Source: Paraspadella gotoi (lineage: Eukaryota > Animalia > Chaetognatha). From it: 64,000 nt of DNA. Positions 1-13,413 of this stretch are shown here, piece by piece (positions within the stretch are counted from its first letter, which is position 1; the number at the start of each line of letters is the position of its first letter). Position numbers and translations under genes: made by a program. Location: positions 18,774,471 to 18,838,470 of the forward strand of contig CM119269.1 in the NCBI GenBank assembly GCA_051294375.1, read 5' to 3'. The notes beneath the pieces are model-generated. The model made no database searches, had not been told where the DNA came from, and saw nothing but the letters and a program-made list of their open reading frames with translations.

Positions 1-860
1 ATAGGATGCAGGCCTTAAACCACCATAGCCTCTCCAAAGTCAGGTGCAAGATAGCCCATTTATTAAATGTATAAATAATTCATATTGATTATACCAATTT
101 AATAAATATAAAAATCAAATTTACATAAAAAATTAAATAAATAAAAAATGAAGTCAAAATAAAATTATGTATAACTCGCTAAATGGATACAACTAAAATA
201 ATAGCTAACAAAAGTTAATTTTATTCAGTATTATCGTTGTAACATTTAGCTTGATTAATATTTATCTTTAGTTTTTCTGAATTATTTTGACCAATTAGGT
301 ATTTTATATTATTTTTCTCATATATTATTATCTAATCTTGCCAGTTTATCTATTTTTGTCTTTTAATTTTTGTCTATTGAAATAAAATTACATGAAAGCT
401 AATAATTTAAAGATGACGGAAGTCACGTGACTTTGACGCTTTTGATCCACCCCGTAGTGATTTTTTTAAATATCTTTTTTTGGGTGCAATTGATAGCCCT
501 TGAGCATACAAACCGATACACAACGTCATTTCGGGTATAAAAACTTTGGTCGGAAAAAAAAAGAATCTAGTGTGAGTAAAAAAGTATGTGATAAAGCTGG
601 ATATAAACTTTTGATGGAGTGGAATAGTTTAAATTAAAAACCAAAAGATACATTTATTTGAATTTTCAAAATTTTTGTTATATCTTTTTAATTGATTGAT
701 GGTTAATTGATTGATAATTTTTTAAATTGATTAATTGAAAAATCTTATCTTTTATAATGTTATGATCTAGTTATGATTAGTTGTTTCTTTCTATTTATTT
801 ATGAATTTTTTTGTCACATTCTTCGGACATCCCCTTTGGTTAGCTGCTTACCGCTAAATT

Positions 861-1129
861 AACTCATTTGATTCAACTCATTTGATTCAACTCATTTGAT
901 TCAACTCATTTGATTCAACTCATTTGATTCAACTCATTTGATTCAACTCATTTGATTCAACTCATTTGATTCAACTCATTTGATTCAACTCATTTGATTC
1001 AACTCATTTGATTCAACTCATTTGATTCAACTCATTTGATTCAACTCATTTGATTCAACTCATTTGATTCAACTCATTTGATTCAACTCATTTGATTCAA
1101 CTCATTTGATTCAACTCATTTGATTCAAC
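861..1129. repeat. 14-bp minisatellite (AACTCATTTGATTC) x ~19
   Basis: Near-perfect tandem copies read directly. Confidence 0.95.
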
Positions 1130-1177
1130 TTCGTTTTATTGATTATATTTTTTTAATGTTTTCTCATCAATGATTCC

Positions 1178-1381
1178 TTATCATCCCATCGATAATTGGT
1201 TATCATCCCATCGATAATTGGTTATCATCCCATCGATAATTGGTTATCATCCCATCGATAATTGGTTATCATCCCATCGATAATTGGTTATCATCCCATC
1301 GATAATTGGTTATCATCCCATCGATAATTGGTTATCATCCCATCGATAATTGGTTATCATCCCATCGATAATTGGTTATCA
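1178..1381. repeat. 22-bp minisatellite (TTATCATCCCATCGATAATTGG) x ~9
   Basis: Perfect tandem copies read directly. Confidence 0.95.
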
Positions 1382-1448
1382 CATCAGTCTTTCGTTTTTT
1401 CATTAATTTTTTTTGATAGTAACGTCTGGCGAGATTACTATATTATTA

Positions 1449-1479
<31 letters not shown>

Positions 1480-1601
1480 TTTCTTAGAAATCGGTTTTTA
1501 TCGTTATCATGGTATCCAATGATTTTCATTGCGTCACATAATGATTATTATGGAGTGACGTTCATTGTGAAGCCAAATTTAAGATATTTCTTTTCCGACA
1601 G

Positions 1602-4600
1602 ATTTAATCGTGACTGGAGATTTCACAAAGAAGAAAGGATCTGGATCACGCGAGCCTCCGGCCAAGAGCCTTCTGTTAAGACCACCACTTATGAAAGGCA
1701 ATTCTCTCTTTTTTACGTATAGAAAATGTTTATTCATAGTGTTAGGGATTTAATTCATAAACAAGTTTTCACTTGCCAATTATTCACAAATGTTTCGTGA
1801 GTCAATAGTCAATAGTCGAGTTATCAAATGGGGTCGGGCTTTTAAAATATTGATAACCGTGTTCAAATTTAAGAAACGTGAAAATGAAAAGCGAACCAAT
1901 AACTGATTGATTTAAATTATCTTCGTGATTAAGTCGTTTGAACAAAATAATTATACTTTCAGGGGCACGTACTTTTACTTCGACTGCCAAAACTGGAGAA
2001 AAGTTCCCAAAGAATTCCATCTTGACTACGATAAACTTGAGGTTAATTATTTTTTCTTTCATGTTGAAATGCTTTGATGGCAAAAACTGTAGCAATCCCT
2101 TTTACAGAAGGCTTCATATTATAAAATGTGGTACCCCTTTTTTGTGACCAGAATCTGTTCCCACCAAACTACCGGATCGAATTTCATGAAATTTTACATT
2201 TAGAGTTCTAATGACAATATAAATGGAACTATCGAGGCGAATTTTAATATTCAACCCCTGACAAGAGATACAGGGCCCTGGGGCTTGACCCCTGGGCACA
2301 GTGATCAAAAAAAAAAAAAAAAACTGGATAAAAGCCACTTGAACATACGGGCATATATATCTATTCAGTCTTTCCATAGTAATGCTACAAAGTCTTCGGT
2401 AAGATAACAGTTTCCAAAAATTATTCTTTTTCAAGTTATAAGCAAATCTCTGAGTCTTTGAGAGGTTTTTTTCACCCACATGGGTGGAAGAGAAAAATTA
2501 TTTGACTTTGTTATGGTATCAGCACTTTGTCTAGTTTGTTAACAAATAAAAAAAATATTTTCATAATATGTCACTATGTATGATATAAAAACATAGTAAA
2601 AACTCATAGAATTTCAGCCGATTTCAATCAAGCAAATTTAGTTCCTAATGATACATCTTCTCACTAATCAGTTATCAATTTAATCTCATCTGCATTTGTC
2701 CGCCATTTTGAGAAATCCCAAAATGCTTTTCATTCAAAAAATAACAAAAAAGAATTCGATATTCTTCAGAAATTACCATATGATTCTTTTCTTTGATCGA
2801 TTTTCCCATTTTAATTTGCTTGGCGCACTTTTAAAAAGATTAAATTAAAGATTTTATATTTAGGAAACTTACACCTATTACTTATAATATAAATATAAAA
2901 AATATTAAGTTAGGTCAATTTTTTTTTAATATCAAAATTATAAATCAAAAGTCGTTCAACTACCATAAATAATTTCTTTAAGAACCAAATTTGTCAGTTA
3001 ATGAATTTTTTCTCCATATTTTTTCAAATCAATCTTAAACATTTGAAACTTTTCCAACAACCTCAGAGGGCTTCCATGATAATCAGCATATGAGAAAAAG
3101 TTGTTTTTGCCCAAAAAGATAGGTTTATCCGGAAATTTAGTCCATTTGGATCACTGTGCTGGGGGGCCAAAAAAGGCTAAAAATTTTTTTCCCATTTTTT
3201 ATAATGTTTTAGTAGAATCAGGTTCATCGATGTTGTAAACATATAAAAATATTTTTTTAAACTAAAATTAATAATTTTTTTTGCTAATTAATCGGTGTTT
3301 GAAGATGCACGTTTCATCGTTTTTCTCCAAATTTTCAGAATTATTCCAAATCTGACTTGAACAACTGATGTTCATGAAGCTGAGACTTACGGTAAACTAA
3401 TATTTTTGTGGAAGAGTAAACGTCTGGGCAACTGTTCAAAAAAAAAAAAATTAAAAACAAATTTTGACCATTTTTTGCCCCCATGAATGACCCCTACCGG
3501 ACCCCATATCTCGGCTCAGGGTCAAATATTGAAAATTCGCCTCGATATATCTATTTGTATTCACATAGGGATCGTTCATACCAAATTTCATTAAAATCTA
3601 TTCAATAGTTTTCTCGGAACGTGTTCTGGTCACAAAAAAGGTACCACATTTTATAATATGAAGCCTTCTGTATTTGATGAGTGACAATTAATTTCTCATC
3701 TTTATTTTGATTGGAATTTCGTTTTCTTTGATTAAAGGTTTCGAGAAAAATATTAACAGAGATTTGTTTTTGATGCAACAACGATTTTATTTAATATACA
3801 GTACCGGTCTTGGCTTTCATTCATAAGTCCAGGGAAGCTATATCTTCTATAATAATGAATGGAATGACTTTATATGCATGAGTGGGATGGAACTCGGTAT
3901 GGTCTATTCCCCATTCTATATTTCCAAAAAAAATTTTGAAGTTTTGTTTTGACCATCATTTTTAAAAAAAAAATTAATTTGCATACTATGCTCAAAATAC
4001 TTGAACGATATAATTTTTTTCTCAGTAAAAATTACTCTAACATTACTTGGTCTAATGGTAAAGTGTTAGGCTGAAAAAAAAATATTATTTATTAATTTAT
4101 GCATAGTTGCTAATTATAATAATTAGCTTATTATTTATTTTTTATTTATTAGTTAAACTTTTTATTATAAAAATTAATAGTTGATTGATAGGCAATTTTA
4201 TTCCTGTAATCAAATTATAATTTTTTTTATAATTAACTAAATAGTGATTTTTAATATATTACTACAAAATATGATTTTTTGATAAATAATATTTTTTAAA
4301 AAAAATTTATGCCAAACTATTGGTGAAATGTTACTGATTACAAATATATAAATTTTTTCAAATTTGGATAACCCTTTAACGAAATACAGCCCCAAAAAAG
4401 CCCTAAAAATGGTTAAAAACACCTATTTTTTAAACCTTTCTAAAAACTGCAATAACACGAATTTTCAACTCAAATTTTGTCAGGTATGTTAGAATTGGTA
4501 GTATTTTATTGCCTGAAAAAATCAGAGACGTAGTAATAAGTGTTACCTAATTATACAGATTAAATAGGGAGACGTCCTAAGAAATTCAGGTAATTTTAAA

Positions 4601-7600
4601 TTTTGCTGAGGTCGTCTAAGTTTTCTCGTATTTTTTTCTATCTCTTTGTTTCTTTCTTCTTTTATTACCTCTCCCTTTTTTACTTCATTCTCTCTATCTT
4701 TAAAAAATGAAGAAAAGTGTGAATTTTATCAAGGATATGATGCGCTTTCAAAAACGGAAGTGGCCGGAAGAGGGCTATATAGTAGGATCAGTGATATCAG
4801 TAATGCAAAATATTTCATGTAATGTCTGCTTGTTTCGAATGAAACTTTGCAGAGGAGTGATCAACAATAAGATGTTTGTTATACATAAATATCTTAGTTA
4901 TGTAATCATGTGATCACAGGAAAATACACGTAAAAAGAAAGTCATTGCAGCGCAACGCATTATGTGGATTTGAACCCGAGACAGCTCATCCACAAGTATT
5001 TGCTCAGCTAATGTCGCCACTCTATAGATAATGTTATTTATTAGAACCTTTAATAGCTTAAACTTGTTTTAACTTTTGTTTTATCAAACAAATGATCAAC
5101 TCTAATCCTCAGTAAATAGCTGATTCATAAGTTTCATCTCCATCTAGCTTAGAATCCGATTTTCAAAGATAACAAATAATTAACAACTGACTTCAAATCT
5201 CAGCAGTTAATTTAATTATTACTCTCCGTTATCGTCTTATTATTTTACTGACTCTTTAATTAATTACATAATTGATTGTTTGTTCATGTAGATATTCAGA
5301 TTTTTCTGCTGCAAAGAGTACTATGAATATCTATATGCTTTGATTATTTTATTAAGGTCACATCTTATTACATTAACCAAGCAAGTTGGTTACATTGAAT
5401 TCTTACCTCAAAGCTGATAAACTTTGCCTACGCACGAGCGTCAACGTAGCGCCTCTTTCTTTCTTTCTTTCTTTCTTTCTTTTCTTTCTTTTCTTTTTCT
5501 TTCTATGACTATCGGTCACTCTATCAAATTGTACACAATAAAAAGAAAAAAAATGGAAATGACTTTGAATGGAAAAACATAAGTCACATTTAGTTTAATT
5601 TTTACTAATTTTAACATATAATTACACAAATTAATCATAATTAGATGGATAGATTAGAATAAATTTTGTGTTTGGGTAGGAAAGTGTGTGATTGTGTTAA
5701 ATATAAAGTTTCGATGGAATCGTGCAAGTGGAAAAGAGTTTAGGTAGAAAAAACAAGTCATATTTACCTAAACCTTTTTTAATTATTTTATTTTCAGAAT
5801 TTCATAGATTAACTGATATAAAATTTGTGTGTGGGTAAGAAATGAGTCATTAAGCTCGCTATAAAGTTTCGATGGAATCGTGCAAGTAAAAATGAGTTTT
5901 AATAGAACAAGAACGGTAATTCAAATGTGTTGTGCCGCAGTATCTGCCTTATCACGTATATTTTTCGTACATGACATGCATGATGTAATATGACATGATC
6001 TGACATAACATAACTTCATGAATACAATAACTTTCTTAACCCATATATTTTAGGACCTGCACTCATCAAAATTCCGTCTTATTCATTTATTTTTTCTGAA
6101 GGCGGCGCTTGCAGTCTTTTAGATTTCAGGTTTTTTTCTGTCTGAACAAATGAGCAACCAAGTGGGAACAGACTGACGAACAGACATACCGACCGACCAA
6201 GACCGACCGACCGACAAGTGACTTATAGAGCTGCTCCTCGAGTACTCACGGCGCAACTAAAAAACAAAAGTCACATTTACTGAATTTTATTAAAGTCTCT
6301 CTCTATCTCTCTCTTATTCTCACAGATAAAATTGAGGCAACTTACTATCTAGGAAAAAAGTATATAACATAATTCATTTATTTAATAAAAAGTACCAAAA
6401 CTTGGGTAAAACATTCTTAATATTTGGTATGCCCTTTCTTGGCATCGAGTACTGCCTGCATTCGTCTGGGCATGCTCTCATACAGCAAATTGAGGTATGA
6501 CAGTGAAACATTTTTTTACATCTTTAACGCAATTATTTTCAGACCCGATATTGATGTTGCATATCTTTCCCTCTTTCTAAAAAGTATAATAGCACTTTTT
6601 TGAACCAAAAAGAGGTGCAAATAAAATAAAATAAATAACTAAATACCAAAAATGGAGGAAAACTAAATATGATTTTTTTGCCATTTTTTATTTGAAGTAA
6701 CAATATTTATTGGCCTGTAACTTCTAAATATTTGACCTACAAAAAATGAAAGGAAGCTACTGAAAGGAAATTCAATGTAGATCCGAAAATTCTAATTTTT
6801 TTAAATCATACAAAATTTAGAATAGATATCCTTTATTAAAAATGTTATATACTTTTTTCCTATATAGTACTACCGGTCTCTCTCACTAAATCCTCTCTCC
6901 TCTTTCTCCAGCGTCAATCCACACGGTCACTTTGCCCTAGCTTTGGCAATTACCTTAGATTGATCGGACAAAGCAATAGGGCCAAGGAGACCATAAGGTA
7001 AAGCCAGTGATGATAAAAGTGGATCAGGAGAGAGTTCCTCTCACTCCTTTTCAACTTCTCTTACATCGTCACAATACTTCACCTACAAATTGGCTACTTG
7101 TTAAGTTGAAAATATATGTTATGATTTATAAAATAATGTGTTAATCATGAAAAAAATTATTTTTAAAAATTATGCAAGTTTACCGAATTAGGCAAGTTGA
7201 CCAAATTATGACAGTTAACCAAATTATGCCAGTTGACCAATGCAAATTAACTAAATTATGAAAGTTGACCAAATTATGCCAGGTGACCAAATTATGCAAG
7301 TTGACCAAATAATGCAACTAGACAAAATTATGCAGTTGCCTAAATTATGCCAGTTAACCAAATTATGCAAGTTGAACTTAAATTATGCAAATAAACTAAA
7401 TTATGAAAGTTGACCAAATTTTACAAGTTAACCAAATTATTCCAGTTGACTATATTGATTATAATTCTATTTGACCAAATTATGCCAGCCGATAAAATAT
7501 GTCAGTTGACCAAATTATGCCAGTTGACCAAATTATGCCAGTTGACCAAATTATGCCAGTTGACCAAATTATGCCAGGTTACCAAATTATGCCAGTTGAC

Positions 7601-9056
7601 CAAATTATGCATGTTGATCAAATTATCGAAGGCAGATCCGACGTTGTTGGCTCAACTTGTTTTATTCTTTAGTTGCCTGATTCTACTTTTCTAAAGAACC
7701 TTTTTAAAATACGGGGAAATAGAGGTCCTAATATTTTTTGAATCACAACACCCTCAAAAATAATTAAAATTAGAAAAATTCAGCCTAATCATAGCACAGT
7801 CTCTCACGAGTTAAAGCTCAACTGACCGAAAAAATGTCAGAGCGAAAGAGAGAGAGAGTAGGAATGGGAGAGAGAGAGAGAGTAGGAATGGGAGAGAGAG
7901 TGAGAGAGAGAGAAAAATAAGGAGAGAGAGAGAGACACACACACACACAGAGAACGAAGAGAGAGAGAGAAAGAGAATGAAGGAAAGAAAGGGAGAGGTA
8001 ATACAACATCGCAAGAAGAAAGAAACAAAGAGATAGAAAAAAATACGAGAAAACTTTCTTAGGACGTCTCCCTATTTAATCTGTATAGTTAGGTAAAAAT
8101 TATTACTACGTCTCTGATTTTTTCAGGCCATAAAATACTACCAATTCTAATATACATTACAAAATTTGAGTTGAAAATTCGTGTTATTGCAGTTTTTAGA
8201 AAGGTTTAAAAAATAGGTGTTTTTAACCACTTTTAGGGCTTTTTTGGGACTGTATTTCGTTAAAGGGTTATCCAAATTTGAAAAAAATTTATATATTTGT
8301 AATCAGTAACATTTCACCAATAGTTTGGCATAAATTTTTTTAAAAAAATTATTAAGAATCAAAAAATCATATTTTGTAGTAATATATTAAAAATCACTAT
8401 TTAGTTAATTATAAAAAAAATTATAATTTGATTACAGGAATAAAATTGCCTATCAATCAACTATTAATTTTTATAATAAAAAGTTTAACTAATAAATAAA
8501 AAATAAATAATAAGCTAATTATTATAATTAGCAACTATGCATAAATTAATAAATAATATTTTTTTTTCAGCCTAACACTTTACCATTAGACCAAGTAATG
8601 TTAGAGTAATTTTTACTGAGAAAAAAAATTATATCGTTCTAGTATTTTGAGCACAGTATGCAAATGAATTTTTTTTAAAAAAATGATGGTCAAAACAAAA
8701 CTTCAAAATTTTTTTTGGAAATATAGAATGGGGAATAGACCATACCGAGTTCCATCCCACACATGCATATCAAGTCATTCCATTCATTATTATAGAAGAT
8801 ATAGCTTCCCTGGACTTATGAAGGAAAGCCAAGACCGGTACTGTATTTTTGATAAATTGAAGAGTCGAAACATGTCTGTTTTATATTAAATAATAATAAA
8901 CTAAAACAATGTCATTTAGAGTTAGTTTGTTGCTTATGTTTTTCCTCATTATTATGGAAAACTAGTTAAAATTTTAGCTTAAAATGTTTTTATATTATAT
9001 TTTCTCAGGACCGTCCTGCCCTTCCCAATTCATTCTACAACACACACGGACAGTAA
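1602..9056 (+). CDS. CNOT2: CCR4-NOT subunit 2 (NOT2/3/5 box), last three coding exons: 1602-1697, 1963-2041, 9009-9056; 5' part is outside the window
   Basis: Spliced translation FNRDWRFHKEERIWITRASGQEPSVKTTTYER|GTYFYFDCQNWRKVPKEFHLDYDKLE|DRPALPNSFYNTHGQ* matches the NOT2 C-terminal NOT-box. Phases are consistent. First intron is GC-AG (1698-1962), second is GT-AG (2042-9008). Confidence 0.92.
2105..3670. mobile_element. Non-autonomous Tc1/mariner-type TIR element
   Basis: TIR CAGAAGGCTTCATATTATAAAATGTGGTACC... at both ends (~50 bp near-perfect, ~180 bp imperfect), flanked by TA at 2103-2104 and 3671-3672. Confidence 0.85.
2297..3158. mobile_element. Non-autonomous Transib-like DNA transposon nested in the element above
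   Basis: Ends CACAGTGATC.../...GATCACTGTG, with 5-bp TSD CTGGG at 2292-2296 and 3159-3163. Confidence 0.82.
5906..6262 (-). mobile_element. Helentron/DINE-like non-autonomous element, family 2
   Basis: Subterminal IRs GTTG(C/T)GCCGC / CGGCGCAAC, (GACC/GACA)n microsatellite, T-rich ends; homologous copy at 46866-47204. Confidence 0.7.
6345..6867 (-). mobile_element. Internally deleted Tc1 element
   Basis: 26-bp TIRs CTAT(C/A)TAGGAAAAAAGTATATAACAT, TA flanks; contains a Tc1 transposase C-terminal remnant. A related fragment lies at ~29001-29160. Confidence 0.85.
6417..6575 (-). pseudogene. Tc1 transposase C-terminal fragment
   Basis: Minus strand reads RYATSISGLKIIALKM*KNVSLSYLNLLYESMPRRMQAVLDAKKGHTKY*, the typical Tc1 end (SMPRR..AV..AKGG.TKY) with an in-frame stop. 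Confidence 0.85.
7170..7662 (+). repeat. 18-bp minisatellite (GTTGACCAAATTATGCCA) plus 3' end of a Helentron/DINE-like element
   Basis: Tandem units followed by GCAGATCCGAC subTIR, GTTG-GCT-CAAC hairpin and T tail; same array at ~54850-55180. Confidence 0.8.
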
Positions 9057-10075
9057 CATCATCTTTGTTATACCAGATGTTCTCCAATTGAATAAGTTAC
9101 TTTGTGATCTAACATTCCGTAACGCGCGTTCCTCATCGAGCGATCGGGAATTGGAAGTGTAGCCTCCGTTTTTTATATATAAAATAAAAGTTTACATCAT
9201 CTGCCATCCACCGCTCACTCACTTTTTTCCGACTCAAACGTAATTTTTTTCAAAACAAAGGAATACTGCTTCAGAATTAACGATTCTGCTTAGATTAAAT
9301 AAGATTTAGAAATTCGCGATAGCTCGATAAGGGTTACATCACTGAGTGCTCAAAAAGTAGGGAGATGCAGCCGTACGAACTTATCAAAACGACTCTTCTT
9401 GCGTCGAGTTGATTTTTCCATAAGTGTTTTATTATGGAGACCGATGTTTCCTTACTTCTTGATCCTGAAGTGCATGAATCATTCTCATCACAAATGAATC
9501 GTTTGTTTATTTTCATGATACATACTTGCGATACAACAAAACACAAAAAAAAAAATAAAAATCAATTGTTGGTTTTTAGATAAAACTTGTTTTTATTTTG
9601 ACACGTATAGCTCTCAAGAAAAAAATGAATAAAAAATAAAGCTACCATTCAAAATTATTAACGATTGCTCGAATTTAACGAAAAGAAGTTAGATGTGATA
9701 GATTTATCATTGGTAAGGGTTTGAACGCACCCTGTCTGACCTGGAAAAAATCATGGCATAATTCTGCGTTCATAAATAAGCAGTTCCTAAATCAGTTCCT
9801 AGATCAGTTTGTAAGTTTATATGGGAGGTCCAACTCTTTTGGGACTAAAAAAAATCGTTTTGATGGGTAAATAAAAAATAATCTAATTAAAATTAGTACA
9901 CTGGTAAAAAGTCTTAATGACAAAACATTAAAAAGATAAACTTTTGGCAACCATGACAGAGAAGGCGGCATATAATTTTGGGAATGCTGTCATTTCTATC
10001 ACTTTTTGTTGTCAGAAAGTTAGTCGAGAGTAGAGAGGATTCGCGAGATATTCTTCTTCTCTATCTTACATTTTC

Positions 10076-10330
10076 AGGGTAACTTTACTTTTCGACGTCC
10101 GCAACCAACTTCAGCTACCACCGGTCGGTGCTTTGTTAATTCATTTAATTTTGTTTTCCCTCTAGCGTCGAGTCTCAGTTTGCGAAATAATATACATTTT
10201 TTTATTCAGTAATATAAAATTGATAATTAATAATAGTTTCAAATTTTTATGTTTGGGGTAGAAAATGAATTGTTTACGTACGAGTTTTATAAAGAAACAA
10301 ATTTCGGACATTTTTCATCTTCAATGTACA
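10076..10330. repeat. Dispersed repeat (GGGTAACTTTACTT terminus) ending in the 3' half of a hammerhead-like motif
   Basis: Diverged reverse-complement homolog of ~18400-18656. Confidence 0.75.
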
Positions 10331-11819
10331 AGGGTGGGACCATTTATCGAGACAAAACTTAACGTCCTACCCTGTCTGAACGATTTGAGTTACAATAATA
10401 AAATAGGTGCCAAAAGGTTTTTCTGTCTTTTTACTTTCATATGCAATGAAACGATAACAAATTTTAAACTACAGGGCGTTGTGGATGTTTTCAAATCATT
10501 GCAATGTAAGGTGCGCGTATAAAAATGACATGTTAATATTTTTCAGTGGACGTTTCTGAATATGATAATTTCTAATTTCAGATTTTCATAACTATCCAAA
10601 TTAAACTTATTTAAACTTCTATAAGGTAAGTAAAACAAAATTTGAAGAAGATTTTAAGGAATAAGCTTAAATCGTCAAATACTTTATGTATTTTTTGTTG
10701 ACTTGACCCTTTTATCATGCATTCTGAAATCTGACATGATTAATTTACATATCTGACAATATCATTATTAAATTTTTAAATAAAGGTCAGTTTTAATAAA
10801 AATTGGACTGTAATAGTAACCTACCCGAACCTTACTTACCTCAACATTTTTTTGACAAAAATGTAAGCATTTTCATTAATAATTTTATCTGGCATGTTTT
10901 TCACGCTTCTCACTTCTCACGCCGTCAATTACCATTTTTTCGACCTACCTTTTTCTGCCACTCTTCCACTTTCCTCATTTTCTTCATTCTTTCCCTTTCT
11001 TTTCCGCGCTTTTTCTTTCCATTTTTTTCCTTTTTTTCCCTTTTTTCCTACCTTTTATTTGTCTATTTTTTTTCGCCATTTGTTTTCTTTTTTTTCCCTT
11101 TGTAACCCTCTTTCATTCTCTCCCGACCTCCTTTTCTTTTTCTCCCTTTCCTCTTCCCTCTCACTACATTTACATTGAGCCAAATAAAAAAATATTTTAT
11201 TATGCATTATAAGGAAAGAAATTATCGGTAAAGGAGGATTTTATTTCAATTTTGGTTGCCTAGCAGATTTAATAAATCAACAAATTTTTTTCAAAATCTG
11301 TCGATTCTGAGAAAAAAAGTCCTTTCCATTGGATTAAAAGGATGCGTTTTTTTTATTTTAATAACGTTAGTGTGTACCTCATCTTTTAAAACTAATAAAT
11401 GAGTTGAAAATATTCTCTTTATCAAAAATAAATGCAAGTCATAAAAAGTAACAAATTAATAGCCGTCTTTAAAAATTATTTGTGGCTAAACGAAAAAAGT
11501 TTTTTTTGATAATTTTGTAGGTGTTAAAATCTTATTCAATAGGCTATATTTTCTGTTAATTTAAACCAATTTGAATTATTATTGTTTAACAAATTATGAT
11601 AAAAACTGAAAATGAAACTTTTTTACTTATCAACTTTAAAATTATAAACTATAAATGATTTAAGCAAATAAATTTAACCAGAAGAAAATAAGGAAGAACC
11701 GATTTCCAAAGTAAAATATTTTTCTCAACTCAAATTCAAATCAGAAGAGCAAAGTAAAAATGGACAAAAATGGACAATATTTTTTTCCCATTAAAAACGG
11801 ATGGAGATGATTTGTGTTG

Positions 11820-12050
11820 TGTGTTGTGTTGTGTTACAAAGTTAATCAATATTGTAGGTCACAACTGAACAATATTGGAAAGAGTCCTTTTTTTTCTTAA
11901 ATGCAACGTTTGTAAGCGGAACCATAATTTATCATCATTCGATGTTCTGACATCAGTGACATGATATAAGTGAATGCCCGACAAGATGGGGGGGGGGCGG
12001 ACCGACAAAGTGAATTATGTAAGTTGTAAGCAGATCCGGCTAAAAATAGA
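11820..12050 (-). mobile_element. 5' fragment of Helentron/DINE-like family 1
   Basis: Reverse complement of the TTTTTAG(C/T)CGGATCTGCTTA...TAATTCACTTTGTCGGTCCG head seen at 12705, 37873 and 54326. Confidence 0.7.
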
Positions 12051-13413
12051 TCCAGCCATTCAAGAGCTATTGTATCCGAAAAACAAGTGGTTTATTCCAC
12101 AGAAATGGTACCCTAAACGTAAGAAGTCATGCGTGAATCTCTTTTTAACACTTAATGAGTTAGTATTAAAAAAATCATTGGTCACAAATTTTTTAATCAA
12201 ATGGTTACTTCTTCCATTTATTTCATCTTTTGACTTATGGCTATATCTTTCATAATAAATGAATCCAACAAGATTAATTTGAACAATGTTTTAGGGTGTC
12301 CACTTTTTTTTCACAGGTTTTTATACATACGTATAGTAAAATTCGAAAATTAAAATATAACCAATTCTTTGAATATTAAAATGGTACAAGAATTCGTGAT
12401 CAACTCTTAATTCAAATTTAATTGAAATTTTTATGATGCTTTTTTCTTTAATAATGGTCTGTGAAAAAACAAAAGATTGATTCCCTTTTCAGCAGAAGAT
12501 CACGATTACTCGCAAACTTTCTTTAAGTCGTTGGATATAATTCAGCAAGAACTAAATTTTATTTGTGGAAAATTAGAGCATTAAGAATTCACGTTTCCAA
12601 AATAATTTTTTTAAATTTCCCTGGATGGCTAAAATTGGAAGTCAATCACGATACACTATGCAGTATCGTATTTTAATTTACTTCGATAGATTTTCAGGGC
12701 TGTAATTTTTTAGCCGGATCTGCTTACAGCAGATCTCGGCTCTATAATTCACTTTGTCGATCTGTCGGTCGCTACCCATTATCTTGTCGTGAAGTCACTT
12801 ATATCATCTCAGAACATGGAATTATAGAAAAATAATGCAAAACAAAATGTCCCTCCTTCTGTCCCTCCTTAGATTATTATATTATTATTATTATTATTAT
12901 TATGAAAATTTGCAAATTACTTGTTTCACTATTTTTATATTTTATTAAGGATTTAGTATTTAATCTATATTATTTAAACAAATACTCATAAATGGAATAA
13001 GGCGATTGACTTGAAATTTGGTACGCGATTAAGCTGGAAATCAAGTTTCGATGGAATCGTCCGAGTGAAAATAAGTGGAAAAAAACATCTATTTCGTTAT
13101 TTGAACGCCAATTACTCATGAGTGGATAGGGCGATTGACTTTAAATTTTGTATGTGGGTAGGATATTGTGTGCTTGAGCAAGAAATCGAGTCTCGATGGA
13201 ATCGTCCAAGTGGAAATGAGTCAAAATGGAAAAACAAAAAATCTCTCTATATTAAATGTAAATTCAACCTTCATTATTAATCTTGGAAATTGTAAAAGTG
13301 CAAGAAGCTAAAAAATTATATATAGCTTCTCAACATCAAGATCTTTTAAAATGTTTTTTTTTTTTATGTTTCATATCGATTTGAGTATTTTTTCTTTGAA
13401 TTTATTTTTTATA

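Larger units (their letters stand above)
3799..8843. mobile_element. 5-kb foldback/Tc1-like element with ~800-860-bp terminal inverted repeats, carrying nested repeats
   Basis: 3799-~4660 is the near-identical reverse complement of ~8012-8843 (one ~36-bp indel). Ends CAGTACCGG.../...CCGGTACTG, TA on both flanks. Confidence 0.9.

Noticed and set aside
861-1381. Tandem arrays as CRISPR
   Set aside because: No unique spacers, eukaryotic context; simple minisatellites.
7005-7080. C/D snoRNA from GTGATGA (also ~28346)
   Set aside because: No D box (CTGA) or terminal stem at a suitable distance.
7410-7694. ORF with (CQLTKL)n, also 54856-55223
   Set aside because: Product of the 18-bp minisatellite within Helentron-like elements.
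8855-8880. GTCGAAACATGTC as another hammerhead (with TTGATGA at ~3674 before the TE insertion)
   Set aside because: Helix I cannot be formed and the halves are >120 bp apart even after removing the element; at most a relic.
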